From the human T2T-CHM13v2.0 reference genome, Homo sapiens, in the NCBI RefSeq assembly GCF_009914755.1, contig NC_060931.1: DNA of 64,000 nucleotides; one strand, given 5' to 3'. The position numbers and the translations under genes were made by a program. Positions 14,720 through 27,816 of this stretch are shown here, in pieces. Below the pieces are notes generated by a model. The model ran no database searches. It was not told the origin of the DNA and saw only the letters and a program-made list of their open reading frames with translations. Position 1 is the stretch's first letter. Each line of letters starts with the position of its first letter.

Positions 14720-16585
14720 CTGGGACGGTGGAAAGCACAGAAATGAACAAATTTATGTTGATGAACGTCAGGCTTTCATTCACTCTTCATACCCACTCAT
14801 ATCTGCAGAATTATAGTATTTGACAGCAAGTCATCCCATGAATAAGAACAGAAGAGTCAAGGGTCACAAGACTGATTTCCACAGAGGTCTTTCATCATTT
14901 AATCAACAGACTGGCTCCCCAGCTAGCCTGGGCCAGGCCAAGTACCAAACTCCCAGACCGATGTCACATGCTATATTCAAACAATACATCTATGTGAGGG
15001 GCATGTTGCTTCCTTCTTTGGGCAACCCTCCCCACAGCCATGACCTGGCCCCCTTTTGATAACAGAACAGATCTATATATTTTCTCTGTGTGATGGGTAC
15101 CCCAACCCATAACTGGGGGGTCTCCGGGGATGGTCTTCCTGTTCTATTTCCTGCTCCATGGATCAGTTTTCCTGACCAATTTCTTAGAGTCCTACAAACT
15201 CAGGAAGGACAGGATAGATCCATAGCCTGTCTCCGGGTAAGGGGAGCATGTCACAGCTGTGGAGAGATTCAGGACAGTTGGAGGTGAGAGCTGGGTAGCT
15301 CCTGACCCAGCAGGTAGTGCTTTACTAAGGAAATAAGTGGTTATTTTGCAAATGTTGCAACATGGATAACTACTTAAGACTTCTGAATTTGAAAGAGAAA
15401 AATATTCCCATCAGAAGACCACAAATTTGAGTTTGCAAGGACCAGAATATCACTTGCCATCCTGGAGCTCCAGCAAGAAAGGTAGGGCCTACTGATAAGA
15501 ATGAAGACTAGATGGTTTTCTCAGGTTGTCAGAGCGCCCAGGGCACACTCTAGAGATGACAGTGGAGGCACCGAATAAACCATGTCACTTCCACAGGGCA
15601 CAAAAGGGCTTCTGGAGCTACCGAGTATATCGCCAGGTACCTAGGCCACCATGTGCTCAATTGAGCATGCACCAATCTACAAGCCACTACTGCTCAATTC
15701 TTTCCTTATGTGAAAATCTATTTCTGATGAAAAAGTCCTGAATCCATAGTTAGTGATGGGGCCATTCAGTCCCCACCAAAGCGTGGAGAGGCTGCAGTGT
15801 GGGTTCTCATGGAAATCTTGCATTGGAGGAAGTTTGCAATCTTTCCCTGATGCCACTGCCTACACGAACCTCATTTTCTAGATACTTCTGCACCCTTTGA
15901 CATTTCCCTACAGCAGCATAAAGTTTTGATGCCAGCCTGAGGCTCAGCCTTGACCATGTGTGTCTCCCTACTGAAAGGATTAGATCCACTTGGGTCCTAG
16001 GACTCACCCTAGAGGCTCGGCTGGGAATGAGTGATCCAGCCAGTCTGCACCTTATCATATCTCCACGATGCTTTGTCCCAGGTACACAGTGGACACTCAG
16101 TAAATGCAGAGTTAAAGGACAGAGTTCATGCTCTTCCATATGACATCAAGGCCCTTCACAATCTGCCAACCTACACTCATCTCACCCTTCTATATACGTC
16201 TTGCCAGTCACTCCAAACATCTCCTGTTGGCACCTCACTTAGCACCTTTGCCCAGGACCTTGTCACTGTTTGGGAGCCTCTCTCCCATTTCCCTTTGTCA
16301 AGCTCCTACTCAAGATATCACTTTCAGTAAGCCATCCCCACCACATCACAGGCCTCCTTTGCAGCCACAGCCCCTGTACTGAAAGCATCTCTTTCCTCTT
16401 TGTCTTTCCCCTGGACTAGGAGCTCCTTGAGAAGCATGGTCAGGTCTTATTTGTCTCTGTGTAATCATCTGTCACCTACGTTGACTGACAGGCAGGTCTC
16501 TATGTGGAACCCAAGGGCTGATGCCTTAAGACTCTGATTCCCGCGCTGTCTGTAGAGAGCACTTCGCCGCCTTGCAGTGGCTCAC

Positions 16586-16825
16586 CTACTGTAGACATGG
16601 CTGCTGGAGCTGCTCCCCAGGCTGACGGTGCCATCCCCAAAGTCCCACAGGTAGGCAACATCTGTGCCGAAGTTGATCCAGCACTCAAAGGCCACACTGG
16701 CATTTACCAGAGCTGAGGAGGGGGACGTGAGCCGATTGGCCACAATTTTCTTCTGCACCCTGATGACATGGGGCTCAGAGACCACACTGCTCATCCTGTT
16801 GGAAGCCTTAACCATCACACGATAC
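16586..16825 (-). CDS. PKD1L1: PKD1L1 exon 12 (YRVMVKAS...WDFGDG...HVYSR), 240 nt, PKD domain
   Basis: Acceptor catcctgcag, donor AG|GTGAGC; canonical WDFGDG. Confidence 0.96.
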
Positions 16826-17364
16826 CTGCAGGATGGGGAAAGGAGGGCAGGGAAGGCAGATGGCAAGACAAGAACAGGGTCAGGTCTAGAGAAACCGTCT
16901 GCTATACTTTAAGAGGAAGGCGGGGGAGGGGGAGGCAGCATTTAATTTGTAAGAACTACAAAAGTATCTAGTGATTTTCATCTTATTGAGGAGAAGGGGG
17001 TTGATATTTTTGACTACCCCCCTCTTCATTATTTAATTCATTTCTCAAAGCAGTAGGGGTAAGCATCATTGCCCTTTCTTAGATGAGGAATTTCTTAGGT
17101 CACATGGGTGGCCGAGATAGAATTCGAACCTAGGACTGTCTGCTTCAAAGCCCTACACCGTTTCCCTTAGTTCAAGCTGAAGAGAAATGAACGAAATCTT
17201 CCCTTAAATCTTATGTTGAGTTTGCTTCACAGAAGGACCTAGTGGCCCATTATAATACAAATGCAACAGCCATAAAATGCCTTCGGTAGCAGCATGGTGA
17301 TCTTCAGACTGAGTATAGGCTGCAGTACAAACAGCTACTCAGCAGGACTGCTACTTTTACTGAC

Positions 17365-17533
17365 CATTGGGGGATGCTGAGTCTTTTTTTAATGCTTCTT
17401 GAAGTTGTCCTCACTGGTGGATCCTCTCCAAAATACCACTCAAATTCCAGGGGTATTGTTTCCTTGGTAACAGCTGTAAATGTAATGTCTGTGTCTGTGG
17501 CAAACACAGTTCCATTTGTGTAGACAGAGACGG
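17365..17533 (-). CDS. PKD1L1: PKD1L1 exon 11 (SVSVYTNG...WYFGED...IPQW), 169 nt, PKD domain
   Basis: Acceptor tttgccacag, donor TG|GTCAGT; W-x-FG PKD motif. Confidence 0.94.
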
Positions 17534-18050
17534 CTGTGGCAAAAGAAAGGAAGGTATGTCTATGTCAACATAGGAGGGCTGGAATCTCCAGAGAAACTAG
17601 TACCTCTACTTTCCCACTTGGTCATGGGCTTGAGTGATGGTGAGGAAGCTCTGATATGCATGCAGATTGGCAGCAAGGATGCAGCTGTGGGCACGCGGTA
17701 GGCAGTGCTGGCCCTGGTTCAAAGGCCCCAAAGTGCTTGCACAGGAGGTGCTCCTAAGGCCATAGGGCCAACTCCCTTTGAGATTCTGCTAGAAAGGGTG
17801 TGGCACATGGAGCTGGCAGATAACAGTCCCGATAACCCACCTTCCCATTCCTTCAATTGGGAGCCTTAATGCCTGTGGTTTCAGAAAATTCCCAGAACAA
17901 ATGGCAGATGAACAAAGAACCTGTTCAATGACAAATGGGGCTCTCCAGCAGAGCCGATAACAAAACCTGCTGCTGCCTACGGCTTTCCTAATCTCAGCTG
18001 ACTGCGCGAGGGAGGTTTTTGTTAAATCTGGAATTAAAACAAAGACATAC

Positions 18051-18170
18051 ATTGCATCTTATACCAGACAGTCATGCTGTGCCAAGCCTGGCTGTCACCC
18101 ACTTGAGTCTGAGAAATAAAGGACACGTTATATGAAGGAATAGATGGAAAGTGATGTATAACCACAGTGC
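18051..18170 (-). CDS. PKD1L1: PKD1L1 exon 10 (STVVIHHF...YKMQ), 120 nt
   Basis: Acceptor ctcattttag, donor T|GTATGT. Confidence 0.93.
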
Positions 18171-18579
18171 CTAAAATGAGAAAAAAAGGAGATAAGAGAA
18201 AAAGTCTTAAAATTAATTCACTTTTATCATGCAACACACAGTCAGTATTTTTCATTTTTAACTTTCCCCCTTTGAATCTCAATAAATTTCAAAATTCTAA
18301 GCATGTGCTCTGAAATCAGACATACCTGGGAAACATAAACTTAATCACAGAATTTCTGTCATTAAATTTTTCTTTGTATATTTTCTCTAAATGAGAACTC
18401 CCTGCATGGTATTAAATATGCTAATTCCTTTGAAATATGTTAATTACTTTGATAGATGGCCTTGTTTTTAAAGTATTTCTCAATATGTACACTAAGTAGT
18501 CTTCACTTCACAGGAGTTCTTAAATAGGGGTCTAATAAGCCTTGTGCTTTTAAGTCCTATAAGATGTAATGTAAGATTG

Positions 18580-18770
18580 TGCATATATGTATATATACAT
18601 GTACACACACCATACACATACCACACATATAGCATATACACACATACATACCATATACACACCATACACAGCATATGCACTATACACATATGCACATGTA
18701 CACACATATCACACATACCCTCCTATGACATACCACACATGCATGTACATATGTATGTACATACATATGG
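18580..18770 (+). repeat. CA/TA-rich low-complexity tract
   Basis: Read directly from sequence. Confidence 0.85.
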
Positions 18771-19639
18771 AGGTGGATACCAAACACTGAATCAGATTCT
18801 GAAAGAGTACTGTGATGTCTAAGAAGATTTAGAGCAACTCATTTATCATAAAAGGGTATTAAGAAAGGAGGGTTATTTATTATTACTACTGTTCTTCTGC
18901 ATAATTTTCTCTTTATAAAGAGAAAATACTTGTTTATAACAGAGATAAAGCAGAATGGGTATTCTGTCCTTCATCAATGCATCAGAATTTTTGAAAAATA
19001 AATATCATATGACTAAAAATAGATATATGATAAATAAATATCACATGGTCTCATTAAGCATGCCTGAAAATTAATTCTGAGCACAATCTGATAATCAAAA
19101 GTGTTAAAAAAAAAAGATATAGTTTACAGATTTGCACAAGAATACCCTATTATCAATCTGTAGGGCTGGATGCAAACTTGGACCTTCCTATTCTAAATCC
19201 TGGCATGGAACCATCGGAAATTTACAAGAATTGTGCCCTTGCACTGGCTAGACGTGCTGCTTATTTATTCAGGTTTAGATAAGACAAGTCAATATGAATG
19301 ACCAACCGGCTAGTTAGGGTAGGCAAACAGGTTAAAAAAATCCTTCCATATGTATGTCATAACTTCTTGGATGGAGAGTTTCTCACTAGTCTGATTATAA
19401 ACAGGTACAGCCACTGTGTGGAACAGCTGGAAAGAATTCTTACATGGATGAGTTCACTGAGACTCATCCCTTCATTGGATCCTCCTTTCTCCTGTTTCTG
19501 GGAAATGTGACCCCATCATCCCACCCATGTAGGCTGGGCACTTTGGGAGTGCCTCTGGCTGGCTCCCATTTGCTTTGTTGCAAAGTGTAGGGACTCTTTT
19601 TTCTACGGTAAGTGGCTGGAGTTCCCCATTCCCACCCCC

Positions 19640-19835
19640 AATGGCCTCTGAGCTTCCGGTCCCTCCCTCTACAAAACTGACATGAAGCAAATACCTCCCT
19701 TACAGGTAGCTGTGCGGATAAAGTGGGGTGACACGAGTGAGGCGTTAGCAGTGGATAAAGTGGAATGGATATTTTGTCCTTCATCAATGCATCAGTGTGC
19801 ACCTGGCACACTCAGTGAGCACCGGATGCTTTCTC
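19640..19835 (+). mobile_element. MIR fragment carrying a 42-bp insertion
   Basis: MIR core-like gtagctgtgcggataaag...gcgttagca / cctggcaca. Confidence 0.6.
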
Positions 19836-20284
19836 AATTCTGTTTTAGCTCAAGGCCATGCTGTCTGACCAAAATGTGCCTCCAGCCCGTGCTGCAAGGC
19901 TCATTATGTATGCCAGCTCCCACCTCAGATGTGCCCTGTCCCCACAGTTAGATAAAGTTCCTATCTCCTAAAATCTCCCAGCCCCTTAGCCATATCCTTC
20001 CTAAGCATTTTTAATGTCGTGTCTCATCTTGCTCCTATGCATATCTTAATATTTTCACTAAGATAATAGATTCCTTGAGATGAAGACTTTGTATGACTTT
20101 ATCTTCATGTTCCCTCAGAACACAGTATTCTGCAAGACATATTTTCTGAATTAGGGAAGAATGAATGAAGGATGTTGTATCAAATTTAGAACTGCTATAA
20201 CTTGAACAGTATAAGTAAAGCGGAGATACCCTGCTTCATTTATAGTTGAAGTGTGCTTGCTCAGACTCCAGACATACGTCTTAC

Positions 20285-20458
20285 TTTTCTGATTCACTTG
20301 GGAGTCAGCAAAGACAAGCACTTCATCTTCATGGACACTGCTGGAGTTCATGAACGCAGACACGGCCTCATGGCCAATCTCCACATAATAAGGCCCAAGC
20401 TCCACTTCGGTTCCATGAAACTCGTTATAAATAACAGCCTTGAGCATATAGACTCCTT
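20285..20458 (-). CDS. PKD1L1: PKD1L1 exon 9 (KGVYMLKAV...VNQK), 174 nt
   Basis: Acceptor atttttccag, donor A|GTAAGA. Confidence 0.94.
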
Positions 20459-20597
20459 CTGGAAAAATAAGAACGAACGGACACTTGATGAATTTTTAAT
20501 AACAAGCATAACAGTTAACATTTGTAGAATGGTCAAAATGGGGTGATTAATATGGGAACTGATACAGGAGAGGTGATCTTTCTTGTCTCTTGTAGCA

Positions 20598-20772
20598 GCA
20601 GGGCCATTTCATGGGCATGTGACCCATACAGTTGCACAGAGCCCCTCACGCAATGGAGCTATGTGAGTGATTTAATGCTCTGCTATCTTGAAATTCTTCA
20701 TAATTATTTTTAGCAAGGAGTCCTGCATTTTCATTTTCCACTGGGCCTTGTGAATTACGTTGCCAATCCTCT
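20598..20772 (+). mobile_element. MER91-like hAT DNA transposon
   Basis: cagggcc...tttaatgctctgct...gcattttcattttccactgggcc, recognised from the consensus. Confidence 0.7.
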
Positions 20773-20871
20773 GCAGTAGGAAATATTCATAAGGAAGAAA
20801 ATAGATATTAGTTATCCCACAGCTAGACAAATAATACTTAAACAGCCAAATGGGAATATATCAAATAACTA

Positions 20872-21343
20872 TGATGATGGATGACAAAAATGGTCCCAAA
20901 CCCTTATCCGTTTTTCACACACTTACAATACAACTATAATATGACTCTGTGGCTCCTCTCATTAAGTGGAGAAGACTATTGCTTCACCCCTCGAATCAGT
21001 GCTAATCATATGGCCAGTGGATTTTCAAAGTGCTTGCACACTGGGGCTTGCCCTCTCTTTCTTGTCTTGGGACCTCTGTCATTGTCATTGGGACCATGTC
21101 ATTTCCATGTGAATAGCCTGGCCTAGTCTGCTGAAGGATGAGATACACATGACTGAGTCTCCCCATGGCCCCAGCCAAGGGTCAGTCTCCTCCAGGAGAC
21201 TGGCTGCAGATCTGTGAGTGAGCCCCTCTAAGACCAGCTCAGACCTGAAGAACTCCCAGCAGAACTGGGAGCTGAATAAAAGGTTATGTTTTAAGGCACT
21301 AAGTTTAGGGTGGCTTGTTAACACAGCAATAGACTGTCAATAC
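20872..21343 (+). mobile_element. MLT1-type MaLR LTR
   Basis: 3' end ttttaaggcactaagtttagggtggcttgttaacacagcaatag...aataca; start approximate. Confidence 0.75.
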
Positions 21344-22543
21344 AATTCCACTGAACTGGAAAGACATTAGCAATTCTCTAACCTCAACTCCCTACACAAT
21401 ATTCTTAAACTGTACATTTGATTGTGTCATTCCCCAGCTTGAAAATGTTAAGTGATTCCTCATGTGTCACAGGAGCAAATCTGTACCTGAGCCCTTCCCT
21501 CTCAGCTGAGCTGGTTCCAATCACTCATCCTTGACTCCACCAGGCCCACAACTGATGCATCAGCCACACAAAACCAGGCTCCACTGCTCAGACGGCCGGT
21601 CTCCATCACAAATATGCCCCTGTGCAGGCTTATCTCAGTTTACAACATCCTTCTTTGTGCCTCCATCTGGCCAACTCGCACCTACCATGAGCCTCTTTGA
21701 ATGACCCAGGCAGAATCACTGGCTTCACCTGGCATCTGACTACAGAACGTGGGCCAGGTTTCCCTCTCAGACTCACTACATTCTCTGTCTTTCTTGTCCT
21801 CAAACCTCATCACAGAACACTTAGTACATACATAATAAATGTTTATCAAAGGACCAATCAAGTTTACAGAATGGAATACTGAAGCTCAAAAGGTTAAACA
21901 ATGTGCTATAGGCCTAGAGTATGCAATGCTTTCTTAGGAATTAAGATAGTCATTTCTCTCTTCACTTGCTGCATCCAAATTATATGGAATAATATGTGGA
22001 TCTACTAGCAGCATAATAAGAAGAAAAAAGGGAATGATCTTAAAGAGTAAAAGTCTATCTCTGGGGAAGAATAGTGAACATGGTAGCATGCAGGAGGATT
22101 TGGGAATACTGTGATAAGCAGAGGCCAGAGAGAAGGGCATCGTACTCTAAGCACAACTCAGATTAACATGTAGAAGAAATAGGTACACTTTCCCAAATTG
22201 TATTCTCATCTTGGAAGCTATATCTCAAATGTTGAGACAACATTCATAACTCTATTGCAATTTTCTTACAATACTGCTCCTCTTAACTGTGTCCAAAATA
22301 ATTTTGCACAGGAATTTTAATGACAAGTAGAAAGTGAAATAGATAGCCATGCAGGTCATCCCATGCACAGGAACCAGAACTTAACTAAGAGTGTGCTACG
22401 TGTTGTTTCATGTCAAAAGGCAGATTTCACGACCACAAGTTAGAAAAGGCAGTTTATATAATAGTTAAGAATACATTCCACGGACTCAGAGGAATTTGGC
22501 ATTGGAAATCTTTGTGACCAAATCTTAGGCATATCTTACTTTC

Positions 22544-22845
22544 TTTTTTTTTTTTTTTTTGAGACAGAGTCTTGCTCTGTCGCCCAGGCTAAAGTGCAGT
22601 GGCATGATCTTGGCTTACTGCAAGCTCTGCCTCCCAGGTTCACGCCATTCTCCTGCCTCAGCCTCCTGAGTAGCTGGGACTACAGGTGCCCGCCACCATG
22701 CCTGGCTAATTTTGTTTTTGTATTTTTAGTAGAGACAGGGTTTCACCGTGTTAGCCAGGATGGTCTCGATCTCCCAACCTCATGATCCACTCTCCTTGGC
22801 CTCCCAAAGTGGTGGGATTACAGGCGTGAGCCAACGCGCCCGGCC
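22544..22845 (-). mobile_element. AluY-like
   Basis: Reverse Alu, 17-bp TSD aggcatatcttactttc. Confidence 0.95.
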
Positions 22846-22870
22846 AGGCATATCTTACTTTCAAGTTGAC

Positions 22871-23030
22871 TTTTTTTTTTTTTAAGATAGAGTCTCACTC
22901 TGTCGCCCAGGCTAGAGTGCAGTGGCATGATCTCAGCTCACTGCAACCTCTCCTCCTGGATTCAAGCGATTCTCCTGCCTCACCCTCCCAAGTAGCTCGG
23001 ATTACAGGTGTCCGCCACCACGCCCAGCTG

Positions 23031-23081
<51 letters not shown>

Positions 23082-23201
23082 TTTTAGTAGAGACAGGATT
23101 TCACCATGTTGGCCAAGCTGGTCTCGAACTCCTGACCTCAGGTGATCCACCTCAGCCTCCCAAAGTGCTGGGATTACAGGCATGAACCACTGCACCTAGC
23201 C
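22871..23201 (-). mobile_element. Alu (S-type) with (TG)n microsatellite in its linker
   Basis: Reverse Alu, TSD tcaagttgacttt, (TG)n at about 23035-23078. Confidence 0.95.
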
Positions 23202-23244
23202 TCAAGTTGACTTTAGACTTAACCCCTGATAAAAGATGTAATAC

Positions 23245-23666
23245 TGATATAGTTCGGATGTTTACCTCTCCCTAATCTAATGTGTCGAATTGTAATACCC
23301 AAAGTTGGAGGTAGAGCTTGGCGGGAGGTGACTGGATGATGGGAGTGGATTCCTCATGAATGGTTTAGTACCATCCTTTGGTGGTGTCCTTGCGATAGTG
23401 AGTGACTTCTCTTGAAATCTGGCTATTTAAAAGTGTGTGGCATCTCACTCTCTCTCATTTCTGCTTTTACTGTGTGCTGTGCCTACTGCCCTGTAGCCTT
23501 CTACCATGATTGTAAACTTCCTGAAGCCTCCCCAGAAGCTAAGCAAATGTCGGCACCCGTGCTTACTGTAAAACCTGCAGAACCGTGAGCCAATTAAGCT
23601 TCTTTTCTTTATAAGTTACCTAGTTTGAAGTATTTCTTTATAGCAATTGGAGAATGGCCTAATACA
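23245..23666 (+). mobile_element. MST-type MaLR solo LTR
   Basis: tgatatagtt...ctaataca, 5-bp TSD aatac. Confidence 0.9.
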
Positions 23667-24702
23667 AATACCAATTCCTTACTTTATTCATAAAACAACA
23701 AAAGAAACCAATGAATATGTATCAAAGTTGCAGATGCTTAAAATTATTATAATAGAGCAAGTCCTGATGTGAAATAGAGATATACTTAGCCTTCTACTTA
23801 ATCTTCTAGGAGTTAATCCAAAAACAAAAAGGAAAACAGTGAATAAAAATAAAAACTTTTTCTCTCTTTGTTTAGTGAAACTAGGAGGTAGCTAGCATGT
23901 TCAGAATACAAAATAGACGCAAAAACTGCTAAAAGCGGCAAATATCAAGCATGCATGAGCAGGAACCGTATTGAAGGAAGAAAACAGAAAACGTCCTAAA
24001 GTGAGAACTCAGTTGCCAAAGGGCTCAGTGGCTGTGAATATCATCAACACACATACATGTGTGTACGCAACACACACACACACACTCCACCAGCAGTTAG
24101 TTCAGAAAAAAATGCAACTCTTTAAATTATGAGTAATGCTGTGAAGAAAAAAAAAAAAAGAAAGGAAGGAAGAAAGGAAGGAAGGCAGGAAAGAAGAAGG
24201 GAGGGAAGGATAAAGGGAGAAAAGGAGGGAGAAAAGACCATTCAGCATGTACAAGATACTATAAGAGTCAAGAGGGAAAATTCAGGAAATACTCATAATA
24301 GATTAAGATAATTTATCAGAAAAACACTGTCCACAAGAACAGGACTGAACAACTTGAGGAATCGTTATCTTCTGAGATGGAAGACCAGAGAGCATCTGGT
24401 CTTGGAAGGAAACAAAGTCAACATTTTAGAGTATAATGGAGAACGGAAAGTGTAGAACACAAAAGAAGGGATGCAGAGGAAAATATGAGGAAAGCGGATC
24501 AGATGAAAAAGGAAAAACAAAAAAGATTTGAAAAGACAAAAGAGAACTAATAGATGTATGCCAGTCTCCCAAAAAGAAAGCTGACATATTGGAATAGAAA
24601 CAATGTAAAGATCTAATTCAAGAAATCTTTCCTGAAACAAAGGACACATTGAAAAGGTACACCATGTGCTGGAGAAAGGTGACCCAGAGTGGCCAGCACT
24701 TA

Positions 24703-25092
<390 letters not shown>

Positions 25093-25588
25093 TTAATCAA
25101 TGACGGGGAAAAAAGAAGGCTGACTTTGGAATCACCACAAGGTAAGAAAGACAGAATGGAGAATTTCAGGGAGGCTTCTTCAGACAGAGTGTCAGGGCCA
25201 CCAGCTGAATTTCTGATTCAGTAGGTCTGCAGTGGGCCTGAGAGTCTGTATTCTAAGCCAGTCTCAGGTGGTCATGATGCTGCTGGGCCAAACTTGGAGA
25301 ACCATGGTTACAGGAGAGAACAGAATGGAAAGACAACCAGATTCCCCAGGAAAAGAACATGTGTCCAAGGAGTCCAGAGCCAGCACACTGTCGTTCCAAC
25401 ATAATGGCAGCAACAGTTTTGAATATGGGAACTTAGAGGAAGCTTATTGCATGAATTTTCCTAAAAAAAATCTACTAGAGGACAAACTTCAGACAACCAA
25501 ACAGGAACACCATGCCAAAAAAAAGCTGAGTGAGGACCGAATATATTAGCTCTAGAACCGGAACTAAGACTAATGTGGGAAAGCAGGT

Positions 25589-26036
25589 TGATATGATTTG
25601 GATCTGTGCCCCCACCAAATCTCATGTCGAATTGCATTCCCCAGTATTGAAGGTTGGGCCTTCAGCACTGGCGGTGAGGAGGTGGGTGGTGATTGGATGA
25701 TGGTGGCAGATTTCTCATGAATGGTTTAGTGTCACCCCCAATCCCTGCCACTTGGTACTGTCCTCATGATAGTGAGTTCTCATGAGATCTGGTCTTTTAA
25801 AAGTGTGTGGCACCTCCCCCCCTCTTGCTCCTACTCCGGCTATGTAACGTGTGTGTTCCCTGTTCGCTTTCTGCCATGATTGTAAGTTTCCTGAGGCTTC
25901 CCCGGAAGCTGAGCAGATGCCCACATCAATGTTTCCTATACAGTCTGCAGAACTGTGAGCCAATTAAATCTCTTTTCTTTATAAATTATCCAGTGTCAGG
26001 TATTTCTTTATAGCAATGCAAGAACAAACTAATACA
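25589..26036 (+). mobile_element. MST-type MaLR solo LTR
   Basis: tgatatgatttggatctgtg...ctaataca. Confidence 0.9.
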
Positions 26037-27334
26037 TAAGTAGCAGAAAAAAAGGTAAACATTTCATGTTCTGACAATGTAGAAATCATACAGTAAACGA
26101 AATTTGGGCTGGGGAAGAGAAGAGGTAGGAGCTGTGGAATAATGCAGATTGCCTCATTAGTAATTGCTGGAAATCAAAAGACATGAAGATTTAACAAAGC
26201 AATTAAGAAAGGTGAAAGCATATATGAGAAAAAAATGAGTAAAATTGGTGATAAAGAAGAGAGAAGGGAAGAGGAAGATGGGAAATATTCTAATTTCATC
26301 ATTGCTCATAGTAGCTGATGAATGGATACGCTAAAGAAACAGAGGGATAAGGACATTTTATAAATAAAAGAGGTCAACTAAAACAAGGCACAAACCTTTC
26401 AAGTATCAGAAGGCTAACTCAGATGAACATACAAAAGAAAGAAAAGACTATTTAATGAAATGTATTTTAAAATGCACACAGAGCCCATAATGTAAAATAT
26501 GACAAACATCTGTCATTTCAATAAAGACAAAAATCACTAAACTCACATATCTCAAATAAGAATGATCAGAATGATTCACACAGCAAAGCCAAGTCCATTG
26601 TAGAGAAACATCTAGGACAGTGATTCCAAAAGGTGGCAAATGAAATAATCTCCAAAATTGTGAGAGGCTGTGTGATGAGGTGGGAGTGCCCATGCTGCAG
26701 GGGTCTTCATAGGCAAGGCAGGGCAGAAGACACAAAGGAAGAGGCTTGGGCCACCTGGGTTGTTCAAGGAATTGGGATTTCCGGTGAAAAGGGTAAAACA
26801 GGGTTATGTTTTCCTACTCAGGACAGAGGGCCAACCCTGTGGGAGGATCACCCAGAATCCTGATCCTCAACCTCATCTTACCCAATGTTTGCCTCTCTCT
26901 CTCCCTCCCTCTCCATCTGTTTTCCTTTCTCTCCCCTTCCTCCCTCTCTTTCTCTCTCTCTTTTCTCCCCCCCAACATCCCCTCTCCCTCATCAGCCTTT
27001 CCCACTGGTGGGTGGGGTGTGGTTATGAGGACCACGGAAAAGGGTGAGCAAAGGGGCTCAGCAGATAGCAGATACCTGGAGCCAGCCCACACTCACCATA
27101 CAGGAGGGACACAGGGCTGCAACTCCCTGTAACCTCCTGAGCAGCCATGCTGCTCCTAACACTGACCACATTTTAAGCCATAAAGACAACATCAGGACTT
27201 AAAGTTAAAACAGCAGAGAAAAGATTTGCTTATCATGCTACATTAAAACTAGAAATTAATAACGAAAGCAGTTCACAAAAGAGGCCACATGACATGTGAA
27301 AATTTTAAATGTAAATAATAACTAATTTAGCATC

Positions 27335-27780
27335 TGAGAAAGAAAAGGAGCTTTTATCTGAGGAATGCAAACCTCCTCTAAATGATCAGTCCCCAGAGGC
27401 GCGTGGGAATGAGACAGCAGTCACAGACCACTTCCCTCCTTGGGCTAAGGAATCCTGTCTTAAAACTGCTAGCTATCCCATGAGTGGCTATAAATTAACC
27501 TAACAATGCCACACACAGGACACCGTAGCCCATAGAGTGTATAGCCAATCACTAATCAATGTCATCTGTGTAAACCAATGAAAATTCCTGACAAACAGCT
27601 TTATATCAGCCCACTCCTTGTGGCCTCTTTTTGCTTTTAAAAACATACTGGTGACAAAGGCAGAAATAAGCTCATATCCAAGGTTACTGGGGTCTGAGTC
27701 TTCCAGGCAGCTGTTTTCACTTTGGCACAAGTAAACATTTAAAGTTGTATTTTGTGTCTCTGCTTCTTTGTAGGTGGACA
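27335..27780 (+). mobile_element. ERV1 solo LTR (LTR54/MER57-like; subfamily tentative), partly exonised as PKD1L1 exon 8
   Basis: TG...CA termini, TSD catc/tatc, CCAAT boxes; homologous end to end with the LTR at 45285-45727. Confidence 0.85.
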
Positions 27781-27816
27781 TATCCAACTGAAAATGTAAA
27801 AGATGAAAAAAAATAC
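27649..27816 (-). CDS. PKD1L1: PKD1L1 exon 8 (GIFFHLLHFQ...ISAFVT), 168 nt, symmetric phase 1-1, TE-derived
   Basis: Acceptor tttgcttttatag, donor CCA|GTATGT; peptide matches the reference protein as I recall it; overlaps solo LTR 27335-27780. Confidence 0.85.
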
